From an uncultured Planctomycetota bacterium (lineage in GTDB: Bacteria > Planctomycetota > Planctomycetia > Gemmatales > Gemmataceae), in assembly GCA_963849325.1 (NCBI GenBank), contig CAWKHF010000002.1, positions 64,001 to 128,000 of the forward strand: DNA of 64,000 nucleotides, in the 5' to 3' direction. Under the pieces are notes generated by a model. That model saw only the letters and a program-made list of their open reading frames with translations, was not told where the DNA came from and ran no database searches. Positions 10,072 through 19,089 of this stretch are shown here, piece after piece; within the stretch, counting starts at the first letter, position 1, and the number at the start of each line of letters is the position of its first letter. Position numbers and translations under genes: made by a program.

Positions 10072-11562
10072 TCAATTCGACGTGGCCGAGTTGGGGTCTG
10101 TCCGGTCTTTTTCCTGGTTTTCGCCCGACTTGTTTTTCTTGCCCACAACGCGCTTGAGTATCCAGGCGATGCCGCCCGCCGCGACGAGGGCGGCGGCACC
10201 GACGGATAGCATGATGGCGTCGCGCCGGCTCAGCCGAGCCAGGGGAGTCGTTGTCCTTGGAGCGACGGCCACCATCTCGACGTCGGCTGTCGGGGCGGGG
10301 GCCGATGGGGCGACGGAGGTCGCCATCGGGACCGAACGGGCGGCACTCGGGGCCGCGACGGGTGCGGCCACCGGCACCGAAGGGACATCCGGCCGGAACT
10401 CGACGGTTGGCGTCTCCTCGCCGCTGGTGGAGTCCAGCCAATCGAGGTAGGCGCGCATCTGCGGACTGGCTTCGCGGGGGGCCGGCTCCGACCCGGCGGC
10501 GAGGAAGACCTGCAACGCCTGGGCGGCGCGTTCGGGAGTCGGATAACGCTGGGCGGGATCCTTGGCCATCATCCAGTTGACGATGTGCTGCAAGCCGTCG
10601 GGCACCGCCGGATTGAATTTCTTCAGGGCCGGCACCGGCTCGCTGGCGTGACGCATCATCTTGCGGACCATATTCGACTCGGGGTAAGGAGGTTGGCCGG
10701 CCAGGGCGTGGAAGAGCGTGCAGCCCAGGCTGTAGATGTCGGCGCGAATGTCGGCGGCGTGCGCGTCGCGGGCCTGCTCGGGAGCCATGTAATCCGGCGT
10801 GCCGAGGATGGTGCCGTCGGCGGTGAGGTTGGCGTTCGCGCCGGCGTCGGCCTCGTCGAAGAGGGCGCGGCCCATGCCGATGTCGAGAATTTTCACCGTC
10901 GCGTTCAGGGTGGAACCGGCTAGTCCGTCATCGGCACCGGGCAACAGCATGAGATTGCTGGGATTGAGGTCGCGGTGGACCATGCCGTCCTCGTGCAGGT
11001 ACTCCAGGCCGAGCAGCGCCTGATAGAGGAGACGTACCGCCTCGGCCGGCGGCAGTTTGCCGCGCCGCTTGAGCACGTCTTCCAGCGTTTCCCCATCCAG
11101 ATACTCCATGACAAGGTAATGCAGGCCGTTATCCTCGGCGATCTGGAAGGTACGGACTATATGGGGGTGTTTGAGACGCAGGGAGAGACGCCCCTCGCGC
11201 TGGAAGCGGGCGAAAGCGTTGGCGTCCTTGGCCTTGGACGGCGGCAGTACCTTGATGGCCACGATCGGACCGAGGCGATGGATGGCCTTGTAGACACCGG
11301 CCATGCGACCGACGCCGATACGCTCGAGCAATTTGTACTCGTTGAGGAAAAAGCGATCGGCATGGCCGCGCCGCAACATGCCGGCCTGGTACTCCGTGAC
11401 ATACTGGCCACTAACGAGCCATTGACAGAACTTGGCGGAGTCGGACGCCGCCGCGCCGGCCTCGCCGAGCCAGCGCTGGCGCAGTCTACGGACCTCGTCG
11501 GCGGTGACGAGCTTGCTGCGGGCCAGTAGATTGCAGAGTGTTTCGACGGATGGGATATCCAT
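10072..11562 (-). CDS. Ser/Thr protein kinase with C-terminal TM anchor
   Basis: VAIK, HRDLNPSN, DIG and GTPDYMAPEQ motifs; Pro/Ala linker; SRRD followed by a hydrophobic helix. Confidence 0.93.
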   Translation of the reverse strand: MDIPSVETLCNLLARSKLVTADEVRRLRQRWLGEAGAAASDSAKFCQWLVSGQYVTEYQAGMLRRGHADRFFLNEYKLLERIGVGRMAGVYKAIHRLGPIVAIKVLPPSKAKDANAFARFQREGRLSLRLKHPHIVRTFQIAEDNGLHYLVMEYLDGETLEDVLKRRGKLPPAEAVRLLYQALLGLEYLHEDGMVHRDLNPSNLMLLPGADDGLAGSTLNATVKILDIGMGRALFDEADAGANANLTADGTILGTPDYMAPEQARDAHAADIRADIYSLGCTLFHALAGQPPYPESNMVRKMMRHASEPVPALKKFNPAVPDGLQHIVNWMMAKDPAQRYPTPERAAQALQVFLAAGSEPAPREASPQMRAYLDWLDSTSGEETPTVEFRPDVPSVPVAAPVAAPSAARSVPMATSVAPSAPAPTADVEMVAVAPRTTTPLARLSRRDAIMLSVGAAALVAAGGIAWILKRVVGKKNKSGENQEKDRTDPNSATSN

Positions 11563-11794
11563 GGCGATGCTCCGCGCGTTCGGAATACAAGAACGAGTCT
11601 GAAGGGGAGTATCCCGTCTTTCGCTACGAGATGCAAGGGGCTAACCCCCATGAGCCGCGATCTTTCCGAACGTCCACCCCTCGAAGGGTGGCGAGCGCGA
11701 AATGGTTTGGAAGACCCCTTTCGCGGCGGTACAATCCGTAGGTCGATCCAGAGATGGCGGAGGAGAGCGAGAAGGCCTCCTGACAGGATGAGCG

Positions 11795-12145
11795 ATGACT
11801 CCCCAGCCTGTAGCGGATACGCCAGCGCCATCCCCTCCGACCATTCACGAGGCGGAGCGTGCCTCCGGGCCTTCCGGCGCTGTACTCGCTGGGACCGTGA
11901 TCAACGTCGATGCCGCTGTGGCCCGCCGACACGCCGGCTTGGACGTGGTAGTATGCGGAGAAGATGGGGTGGCCAATCGCCGGCTCGCTTCCGCCATCGA
12001 AACTGCTGTCGGCGTTTGCCAGCGCAGTGATCCACACCGTCGCGCGGGTCCGCTGGCTCTACCCCATTTTCAGCAAGACCGACCGCCGCCGGACGGCCAC
12101 ACGTTCTACGAGACGGCAAACCGTAAGGCGAGGAAAGGACCATGA
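11795..12145 (+). CDS. Hypothetical protein with C-terminal PH...PHF...GH.FY motif
   Basis: RBS-like ggatgag upstream; ATGA overlap with the next gene; 116 aa. Confidence 0.6.
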   Translation: MTPQPVADTPAPSPPTIHEAERASGPSGAVLAGTVINVDAAVARRHAGLDVVVCGEDGVANRRLASAIETAVGVCQRSDPHRRAGPLALPHFQQDRPPPDGHTFYETANRKARKGP

Positions 12146-12669
12146 GGTACTTCACCCGCGATCTCTATCGCCGTTGCCGCTCCACCGACGAAGCCGTCCT
12201 CAACGCGGCTTGCGAGGAATGGGAACAGGCAAATGAGGCTTACGAACGACACCTGGCGACTGTCGAACCGGAGTTTCCGCCTCACTTGCGCGAGTTCGCC
12301 GCCGTGCTCCTGCACGATGCGAAAGTGCAGTCGATCGCACGGCGGGGAAATCAGTTGATTCTGGTGCTGCACAAGGACATTCCGCCGCGCGACCTCGTGC
12401 TTCTCTGCTACGAGTTGGTCGGCGAGCCCGTCGTTGAGCCTTTCGCGGATGCCCCGACCGACTGGACTCGCCCGACCACCTTCCAGTTCGATGAGTTGGA
12501 CATCGTGCGCGAGGAGGAGGGCAAGCTCCACAGTCAGTCCATTGTTTTCAGCAACGGTTGGCTGATGCGACTTCGCTTCCGGGACGTGCGGGTGACCGTG
12601 GCCCAGTCGGTGTACCCCATGGCCACGAGCGGCTCGCTGCCAGCATTCGCCCTCCCCCAAACCGGCTGA
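12142..12669 (+). CDS. Hypothetical protein, DUF4085-like
   Basis: MRYFTRDLY start and LHDAKV motif recall DUF4085 (from memory, unverified); RBS aggaaagga. Confidence 0.65.
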   Translation: MRYFTRDLYRRCRSTDEAVLNAACEEWEQANEAYERHLATVEPEFPPHLREFAAVLLHDAKVQSIARRGNQLILVLHKDIPPRDLVLLCYELVGEPVVEPFADAPTDWTRPTTFQFDELDIVREEEGKLHSQSIVFSNGWLMRLRFRDVRVTVAQSVYPMATSGSLPAFALPQTG

Positions 12670-12786
12670 AAGTTGTGAGAGAAGCTTGAGGTTTCCGGAT
12701 CTCAATTCCGATGAAGCAGGGCGATAGAATGGCAGCGCCGGCATCGCTGGCCGGTCTTGGTTCCGCGATCCGACGAGGCGCGAGTC

Positions 12787-14800
12787 ATGATTCCCTTCGG
12801 CTTCCTGCGTGTCGCCGCCGCCACGCCGTTGGTGCGCGTCGCCGACTGTGCCTTCAACGTCGAGCACATCCTCGCCCTCTTGCGGCAGGCCGAGAGCGAG
12901 CGCGTCAGCGTCCTCGTCTTCCCCGAGTTGGCGATCACCGGCTACACCTGCGCCGACCTGTTCCACCAGCCCGTCCTGCAACGCGGCGCCGTCGAGGCGA
13001 CTGGCGCAACTCGTCAAGGACAGCGCCGCCGTCTTCTCCGGCCTGGCGATTCTCGGCGTACCTATCGTGGTGGATGACTTGCTCTTCAACTGCGCCGCCG
13101 TGCTGCACCGCGGCCGCCTGCTGGGGATGGTGCCGAAGTCGTTTTTGCCCAATTACAAGGAGTTCTACGAGGCGCGTTGGTTCGCCCCGGCGATCAAGGC
13201 GAGCCGCCGCGAGGTCGTCGTCGCGGGACAAACGGTCTCCTTCGGCACGGATCGCCTGTTCGCGGCCGAAGACGTGGATGGACTGATCGTCGGCGTCGAG
13301 ATTTGCGAGGACTTATGGGTGCCGGCCCCGCCCAGCTCGGCGCAGGCGCTGGCCGGTGCCACCGTGCTCGTCAATCTGTCGGCCAGCAACGAGGTCATCG
13401 GCAAGGCGAATTATCGCCGCCAACTCGTCCTCAACCAATCGGGCCGCTGCATGGCCGCCTACGTCTACGCCTCGTGCGGTGTCGGCGAATCGACGACCGA
13501 CCTCGTGTTCGGCGGCCACTGTCTCATCGCCGAGAACGGCACCCTGCTGGCCGAGTCGCCTCGCTTCCAGCGCGAGGACGCCCTGCTTCTCGCCGACGTC
13601 GATCTCGACCGCCTCCGCGCCGATCGCCAGCGCACCAACAGCTTCCTCGACGCTCATCTGTATCCCGGACACGACCGTCCCTTCGCGCGCTCGACGTTCG
13701 CGTTGTCCCAAGGAAGCGAGCCGGTCCTCCCCGCCGATTTGCGTCGGCCGGTCGAAGCGCATCCGTTTGTGCCGCAGGGGCGAGAGCAACTGCGCGACCG
13801 CTGCGAGGAAATCTTTCACCTTCAGGTCGCTGGCCTGGCCAAGCGGCTGGAGCACATCGGTACGCCGCCAGTGGCCCTCGGCATCTCGGGCGGACTCGAC
13901 TCGACGTTGGCCCTGCTGGTCGCCTGCAAAACCATGGACACGCTGAACGTACCGCGGCCGCGCATCCTCGCCTGGACGATGCCGGGCTTCGGCACCAGCA
14001 ACCGTACCCGCGATAACGCTCGCGCCCTCATGCGCCAGCTCGGCGTTTCGGCCCGCGAGGTCGATATCCGCCCCTTGTGCCTGGACGAGATGCGCGTCCT
14101 CGGTCATCGGCCGTTCGGCATCGACCTGGAAGGATTGACCGTCGAGGAGTTGAGCGAGCGCTTGCGTCGCCTGCCGCCGGAACATCGAATCGATCTGGTC
14201 TTCGAGAACGTGCAGGCGCGTATGCGGACCAGCCTGCTGATGAACAGCGGTTTCGTCGTCGGCACCGGCGACATTTCCGAGGCAGCCCTGGGCTGGTCCA
14301 CCTACAATGGCGATCACATGAGTATGTATAACCCCAACAGCAGCATCCCCAAGACGCTGGTGAAGTTCCTGGTGGAGTGGGCGGCGCGCAACGAGTTCGA
14401 GGGCGACGCTCGGCGGACGCTGCTGGACATCGTCGATACGCTGATCTCGCCGGAACTACTGCCGGCCGGGGCGGACGGCCAACCGGCGCAAGCGACCGAA
14501 GTCACGATCGGTCCCTACGAGGTACTCGATTTCTTCCTGTTTCACTTCCTTCGCTACGGCGCGCCGCCGGAAAAAATCCTCTTCCTCGCTCAGCGTGCCC
14601 GTTTTCAGCGTTCGTATCGTGAAGGTGAACTTCGCGGATGGCTCCAGACGTTCCTTCGCCGCTTCTTCGCCAATCAGTTCAAGCGCTCCTGCGTGCCCGA
14701 TGGGCCGAAGGTCGGCACCATCAGCCTATCGCCACGCGGCGATTGGCGCATGCCCAGCGATGCCCAGGCGTCCCTGTGGCTGCGTTGGGCCGAGGATTAG
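12787..14800 (+). CDS. nadE: Glutamine-dependent NAD+ synthetase (frameshift near 12998)
   Basis: Nitrilase domain (FPEL, PNYKEFYE, EICEDLW) plus synthetase domain (SGGLDST, ENVQARMR, NQFKRSC.PDGPK). Confidence 0.95.
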
Positions 14801-14844
14801 CCGGGACGCGCGGCGGAGCGCGCTCCGCCGCGCGTCCCGGCTAA
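14797..14844. repeat. Family A palindromic repeat; supplies the nadE TAG stop
   Basis: ttagccgggacgcgcggcggagcgcgctccgccgcgcgtcccggctaa. Confidence 0.85.
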
Positions 14845-14857
14845 GTGGCACTAACGG

Positions 14858-14921
14858 AATGTGGCGGCACGTTTGTAACGTGCCGTACAATCCAACACGT
14901 TGAAAACGTGTTGCCACATTT
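14858..14921. repeat. Double-hairpin palindromic element
   Basis: aatgtggc-ggcacgtttgtaacgtgcc...aacacgttgaaaacgtgtt-gccacatt. Confidence 0.7.
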
Positions 14922-14964
14922 TGGTAGAGCCTCTAAACAGAGAAGTTCTTTTGTCGGACGGTCC

Positions 14965-16491
14965 CTAAATCTCGGCCCCCATGTCGTACTGCTGCTCGTC
15001 CTCGCGGACGCCGCCCATGCCGGCGCCGATCGTGCGGTAGTCCTCAACCACGTCGATGGAGCGCAGGAACTTGACCATCTTGAAGCCCAACTTGGTCTCG
15101 AACCGCACCCGTACCGGGGCGCCGCTCTGGATCGGCAACTCCTGACCGTTCAACTCATAAGCCAGGATGGATTGGGCATGCCGCCCGATGTCCAGGCTGA
15201 CGCATTCGTAATAGATCTTGTCGCTCTTTTCGTGCTTGGCGAACGACGTGAACACCAGGTAGCGCGCGCCGGGCAACGGTTTGCAGCGCTCGAGGACGTC
15301 CCGCAGCGGGACGCCGCCCCATCGGCCGACCGAGGTCCAGCCCTGGATGCAGTGGTGCAAGGTCGTCTGCTCCTGCTTGGGCAGGGCGCGCAATTCTTTC
15401 AGCGACAGTTTCAGCGGTCGCTCGACCATTCCCTTTATTTCCAGCTGGTAGTCGGCGAACTGATTGCGCAGCAGACGCTCGTAGGCGTCATCGTCGCCCT
15501 TGGCCTGCGGATAGGCGGAGATCGGTGGATAGCCGTTGGTCCGAAAATAGGGTGAAATGTCCTTCTCGGAATATTCCTGCGCCGAGTTCAGGTTGTGTAG
15601 CAGCATCTCCCGGATCGGACCGACGAGGGAAGAGAGCAGGACGTGGACGCGATGCTTGGCCGTCCGGGAGAAGTGACTGGCGGCCACGTGAATCAGCACG
15701 ATGGTCGTGAGAATACTCAATCCCAGCAACACGCCCAGCCAACTCCCTTCCGAGTGCGGCTCATTCAGCACCTGCTTGTCCATCTCCTTGGCGAATCCAT
15801 GCCAGAATACCATGATAATGTGAATCACGGCATACATGCCGATCATCACCAGGCCAATAAAGTGCAGGCTGCGCGCCGCCTGCCGATTGCCGAACAGTCG
15901 GCCGTACCATGGGAAGCGCCCAGGATCGACGGCGATTGGGCCAGGCCGGTCAGGATCTGGAAGGGAACCAGGAAAAAGATGAACCCGAAATAGGTGAGCT
16001 GTTGCAGGGAGTTGAACGGCAGGTAGCCGGGAGCGTAGCAGAACCTCGGATCCTCGGGTTCGGGTACGCCGAACTGGAGATACTCGATCATCGTCCGCCA
16101 GGCACAGGGAAAGATCTCCCACGAACGTCGGCACCAATCGCCGCCACTGATCGGACGTAAACAGAACAAGGAGATAAGCCAGTCCGACAATCAGCCAGCA
16201 GAAGGCGTCGAAGAAGTGCCAGTAGCGGCCCAGACCCAGCCCCTCGCCTCCCGGCAGCGTCAGCCAGCCGGGCCAGTGTTTCTCCTCGTCGGAGGAACAC
16301 CACATCTGATCGGTCGGGAGCTTGCGGCGCAGAAGATCCAGCCATTCGCTGCCCGGCCGAGCGTCGATGTTCCAGTAGAGTTTGGGGTGCGCCGCCAGGA
16401 TCGCCAGGCCGCTGCGAGCGATGAGGGTGATAAACAGGAGGTTGAACCAGTGCGTCAGCCGCACGCCGAGAGGGAAGCCAAGCTCGTCCAT
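14965..16491 (-). CDS. Cytochrome b domain / molybdopterin-dependent oxidoreductase fusion (sulfite oxidase/MsrP-like; compensating frameshifts)
   Basis: RLTHWFN...SGL.IL.AHPKLYW and ARSLHF in the N-terminal part; HHCIQGW, LAYELNG..LP...GAP.R.R.E.KLGFKMVK in the C-terminal part. Confidence 0.85.
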   Translation of the reverse strand: MDELGFPLGVRLTHWFNLLFITLIARSGLAILAAHPKLYWNIDARPGSEWLDLLRRKLPTDQMWCSSDEEKHWPGWLTLPGGEGLGLGRYWHFFDAFCWLIVGLAYLLVLFTSDQWRRLVPTFVGDLSLCLADDDRVSPVRRTRTRGSEVLLRSRLPAVQLPATAHLFRVHLFPGSLPDPDRPGPIAVDPGRFPWYGRLFGNRQAARSLHFIGLVMIGMYAVIHIIMVFWHGFAKEMDKQVLNEPHSEGSWLGVLLGLSILTTIVLIHVAASHFSRTAKHRVHVLLSSLVGPIREMLLHNLNSAQEYSEKDISPYFRTNGYPPISAYPQAKGDDDAYERLLRNQFADYQLEIKGMVERPLKLSLKELRALPKQEQTTLHHCIQGWTSVGRWGGVPLRDVLERCKPLPGARYLVFTSFAKHEKSDKIYYECVSLDIGRHAQSILAYELNGQELPIQSGAPVRVRFETKLGFKMVKFLRSIDVVEDYRTIGAGMGGVREDEQQYDMGAEI

Positions 16492-16585
16492 ATCGTCTCT
16501 ACTCTCTTTGCCCGGCCGGGCGAACGCGCCGGAACCGATTCCGGGCGAACGGCGAAAGGTGTCGTCGAAAGGGCGTCCACGGCGT

Positions 16586-17137
16586 TCAGCGCACAGCTCG
16601 CTTGCCTCGGAGTGGCCATGCTGGAACAAACAGACGACCAGCTTGCCCAGGGCGCACTCCGAGAGATGGCCGAGCAGGTTGATCCAGCGAACCACGCCTT
16701 GAAGACGCCGCTCCCTGTCCACGACCGCGACGCCAGCGTCGGCGAACCTGTCCAACAGAGACGTCGAGCTTATCGTCGGCCGCGACCGTCGGCACATCGG
16801 TCTTCATCAACTCGCCAACCGTCAGACGCTCCATCTGGCCGGCGCGGTCGGCCACGGCCAGCGCCAAGGTGCGATCCGTCAGGAAGCCGAGAAGCCGACC
16901 GTCGGAGACAACGAAGACCGCCGAGAATGCCGAATCGCGGAGGGTCCGCGCACCTTCGGCGGCGGAGGCGTTGGGAGCACACGTAGGTATCTGCCGCGAC
17001 ATCACGTCCGCGATCTTGAGCATGGGATTGAGCAGGTCCGACTCCTTCACGAGCGGGACCGGATGAGGATACGACCAGGGCGATGGCTCCATGTTCCAGT
17101 GATGGGGCTTCTGCCATTGATTGGTGTCCACGGACAC
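16586..17137 (-). CDS. CBS-domain protein (frameshift near 16765; 3' end uncertain)
   Basis: KIADVMSR, GRLLGFLTDR, TVGELMKT and VVDRERRLQGVV motifs; GTG start with GGAGGAG RBS. Confidence 0.75.
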   Translation of the reverse strand: MSVDTNQWQKPHHWNMEPSPWSYPHPVPLVKESDLLNPMLKIADVMSRQIPTCAPNASAAEGARTLRDSAFSAVFVVSDGRLLGFLTDRTLALAVADRAGQMERLTVGELMKTDVPTVAADDKLDVSVGQVRRRWRRGRGQGAASSRRGSLDQPARPSLGVRPGQAGRLFVPAWPLRGKRAVR

Positions 17138-17215
17138 GGCTAACTCCTCCCGAGGAAGAATGGACGAGTGGCAAGTCGCGGCGAAGCGAGGACCGAACCG
17201 TAACCGATTTAATCC

Positions 17216-17232
17216 AGCAAGGGTCATGCCAA
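17216..17232 (-). promoter_or_regulatory. Sigma54 promoter upstream of the CBS/oxidoreductase genes
   Basis: Minus strand TTGGCATGACCCTTGCT (GG-N10-GC). Confidence 0.7.
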
Positions 17233-17424
17233 GGGCGCGTCCCGGAAGAACTTTGGTTTCGCGGCGACTCGGCGGGTCGCCACGAAACGATTCATTCCTG
17301 GAGGATCGAGCCGAATCTTTCCAGCCGGCCTTCGGGATCGCGTCTGCCCTTCCCCGACGAAAATGCCTATCATAACTCGCACCCGGCCAAGTACTTTGGA
17401 CAATCGCCGGATGAGGGAGCCTTC

Positions 17425-18753
17425 ATGGCGGAAATGCGTCGATTCACTCTGACGGATGGCCTGCTGCTGGTCGCGGTCATCGCGCTGGCCGCGGGGACAC
17501 GCACCGGCTATTTGATGTCCTGTGCCGACAACGCCCGCAGCGCCGGACCCCTGGCTGTTGAGACGGCGCCGCCGGAGTTGGAAACGCTGGTTCGCAACTT
17601 CAAGGACGGCCAGCGCTTCGCCAGCCGTTCTCCCTTCCGCGCCGAGGAGGAGGAGACGGCCCACGTGTCGCCCGGCTATCCCTGGCTGATGACGGGCGTC
17701 GCCCACCTCGTCGAGGCCTCGGTCCTGCCCGGCACGATGCGCTGGCTCCAGTGCGGACTGGGCGCGCTGACGGCCGGACTTTATTTCCTGTTCGCCCGGC
17801 GGGCGTTCCGCAGTCCCCTCGTCGCCGCCGTGGCCGGCTTGCTGGCGGCGCTGCACCCCTTCTGGATCCTCGATACGGCGGCGCTGGCGGACGGTGTCAT
17901 AGCGACATTCCTGTTGGCCCTGGCTGTGTTCCTCGGCTCGCGGGCCGCTCAGACGAGCGGCCCCCTCACCAGCCTGCTTTACGGTCTGTCTCTGGCGGCG
18001 CTGGCCCTGGTGCGGGCGGCGCTGTTGCCGTTCGCCTTCGTGGCCCTGGCCTGGTTCCTGCTGCGCAGCCGGACCTTGACCCGCGGTTGGTTGTGTGCCC
18101 TGCTGGCCTTCCTCGGCTTCATCAATGGCCTGGCTCCCTGGACCTTCCGCAACTGGCAGCTGTACGGCGAACCGCTGCCGATCGTCGATTCGACCTGGTA
18201 TCACCTGTGGATCGGCAACAACCCGCACGCCACGGGAGGCCCGGCGAAGGAAGAGATGATGCGCGACGCGCCGGCCGACGAGTTGGCCCAGATCCCACGA
18301 GCGATGGATCGTTACGCTCGCCTGGGCGGCCTGGTCCGGCAAGAGGTCCACGATCGCCCCGCCGAGACGGTGCGGCGCCGCCTGCGGGCGGGGCTCGATT
18401 TCCTCTTCGGCGAACGCTGGTTCGCGGACGGGGGGCTCGCCGAACACACCAGTTCGGAAGAGTCCATGCCCACCTGGTTGGCGTGGTCGTATCCCCTGGT
18501 GCTCGAAAGTACGCTGCTGGGCCTGATCGTGCTGGGACTGCTCGGCTGGCGCTGGACGTATGGCTGGCGCTGGAGTGCGATGCCGTCCGCGCTGGTCGTG
18601 GTCTGGGTGCCTCTGCCGTACATCCTCGGTCATGCCGGGGCGTTGTCGGGTCCGCGTTTGCCGCTGGATGGCGTGTTGCTGTGTTACGCGGCGTTTGCAC
18701 TGGTGTGCCTGTTTCCCGGGGCCGGGCGCCCTCTTTCGGAGCCTGAAGCGTAA
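17425..18753 (+). CDS. Membrane glycosyltransferase (GT-C / PMT-like)
   Basis: TAHVSPGYP, PW.FRN and LWIGNNP motifs with multiple TM helices. Confidence 0.7.
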   Translation: MAEMRRFTLTDGLLLVAVIALAAGTRTGYLMSCADNARSAGPLAVETAPPELETLVRNFKDGQRFASRSPFRAEEEETAHVSPGYPWLMTGVAHLVEASVLPGTMRWLQCGLGALTAGLYFLFARRAFRSPLVAAVAGLLAALHPFWILDTAALADGVIATFLLALAVFLGSRAAQTSGPLTSLLYGLSLAALALVRAALLPFAFVALAWFLLRSRTLTRGWLCALLAFLGFINGLAPWTFRNWQLYGEPLPIVDSTWYHLWIGNNPHATGGPAKEEMMRDAPADELAQIPRAMDRYARLGGLVRQEVHDRPAETVRRRLRAGLDFLFGERWFADGGLAEHTSSEESMPTWLAWSYPLVLESTLLGLIVLGLLGWRWTYGWRWSAMPSALVVVWVPLPYILGHAGALSGPRLPLDGVLLCYAAFALVCLFPGAGRPLSEPEA

Positions 18754-18790
18754 GCGAAGGAATGTCCTTGTTCGCTTACGCTTCAGGCTC
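18739..18790. repeat. Family B palindromic repeat; supplies the TAA stop of the upstream gene
   Basis: gagcctgaagcgTAAgcga...tcgcttacgcttcaggctc. Confidence 0.85.
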
Positions 18791-18825
18791 GGGCAGGAAC
18801 TGGCCCTCCTTTTGTCGAAATCTGT

Positions 18826-18854
18826 TTGCAATCGAGGACTCGACGGCATAGCAT
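18826..18854 (+). promoter_or_regulatory. Possible sigma70 promoter
   Basis: TTGCAA-17 bp-TAGCAT. Confidence 0.4.
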
Positions 18855-19089
18855 GTTGGTGGGCAATGCTGGATGCCGCCCCTACCCCCCGCGACATCCG
18901 TAAACCTGCCAACGTTTGCTACCTGCCAACCTCTCGCCCTCGGACCTCGCCAGCGGAGTCGGTGTCAGACCTCCGTCGAAGTCGGGGTCCATCCCGGCCC
19001 TCTCCGGGCGAGAGCCGCCGGGCCCGACGGTGTTTCGATCCCACCTGTACCGACGACCCACCGGCTCCACAGTCGAACGAGAGGAGCCT

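Noticed and set aside
9221-10199. Overlapping short ORFs across the sRNA region
   Set aside because: Arg/Pro-rich translations with no motifs, several running through the terminator; likely spurious in GC-rich DNA.
18955-19070. tRNA or tmRNA gene
   Set aside because: It has a T-loop-like segment and a CCGGCTCCAC end, but arm lengths and spacing fit neither tRNA nor tmRNA. Kept only as a candidate leader.
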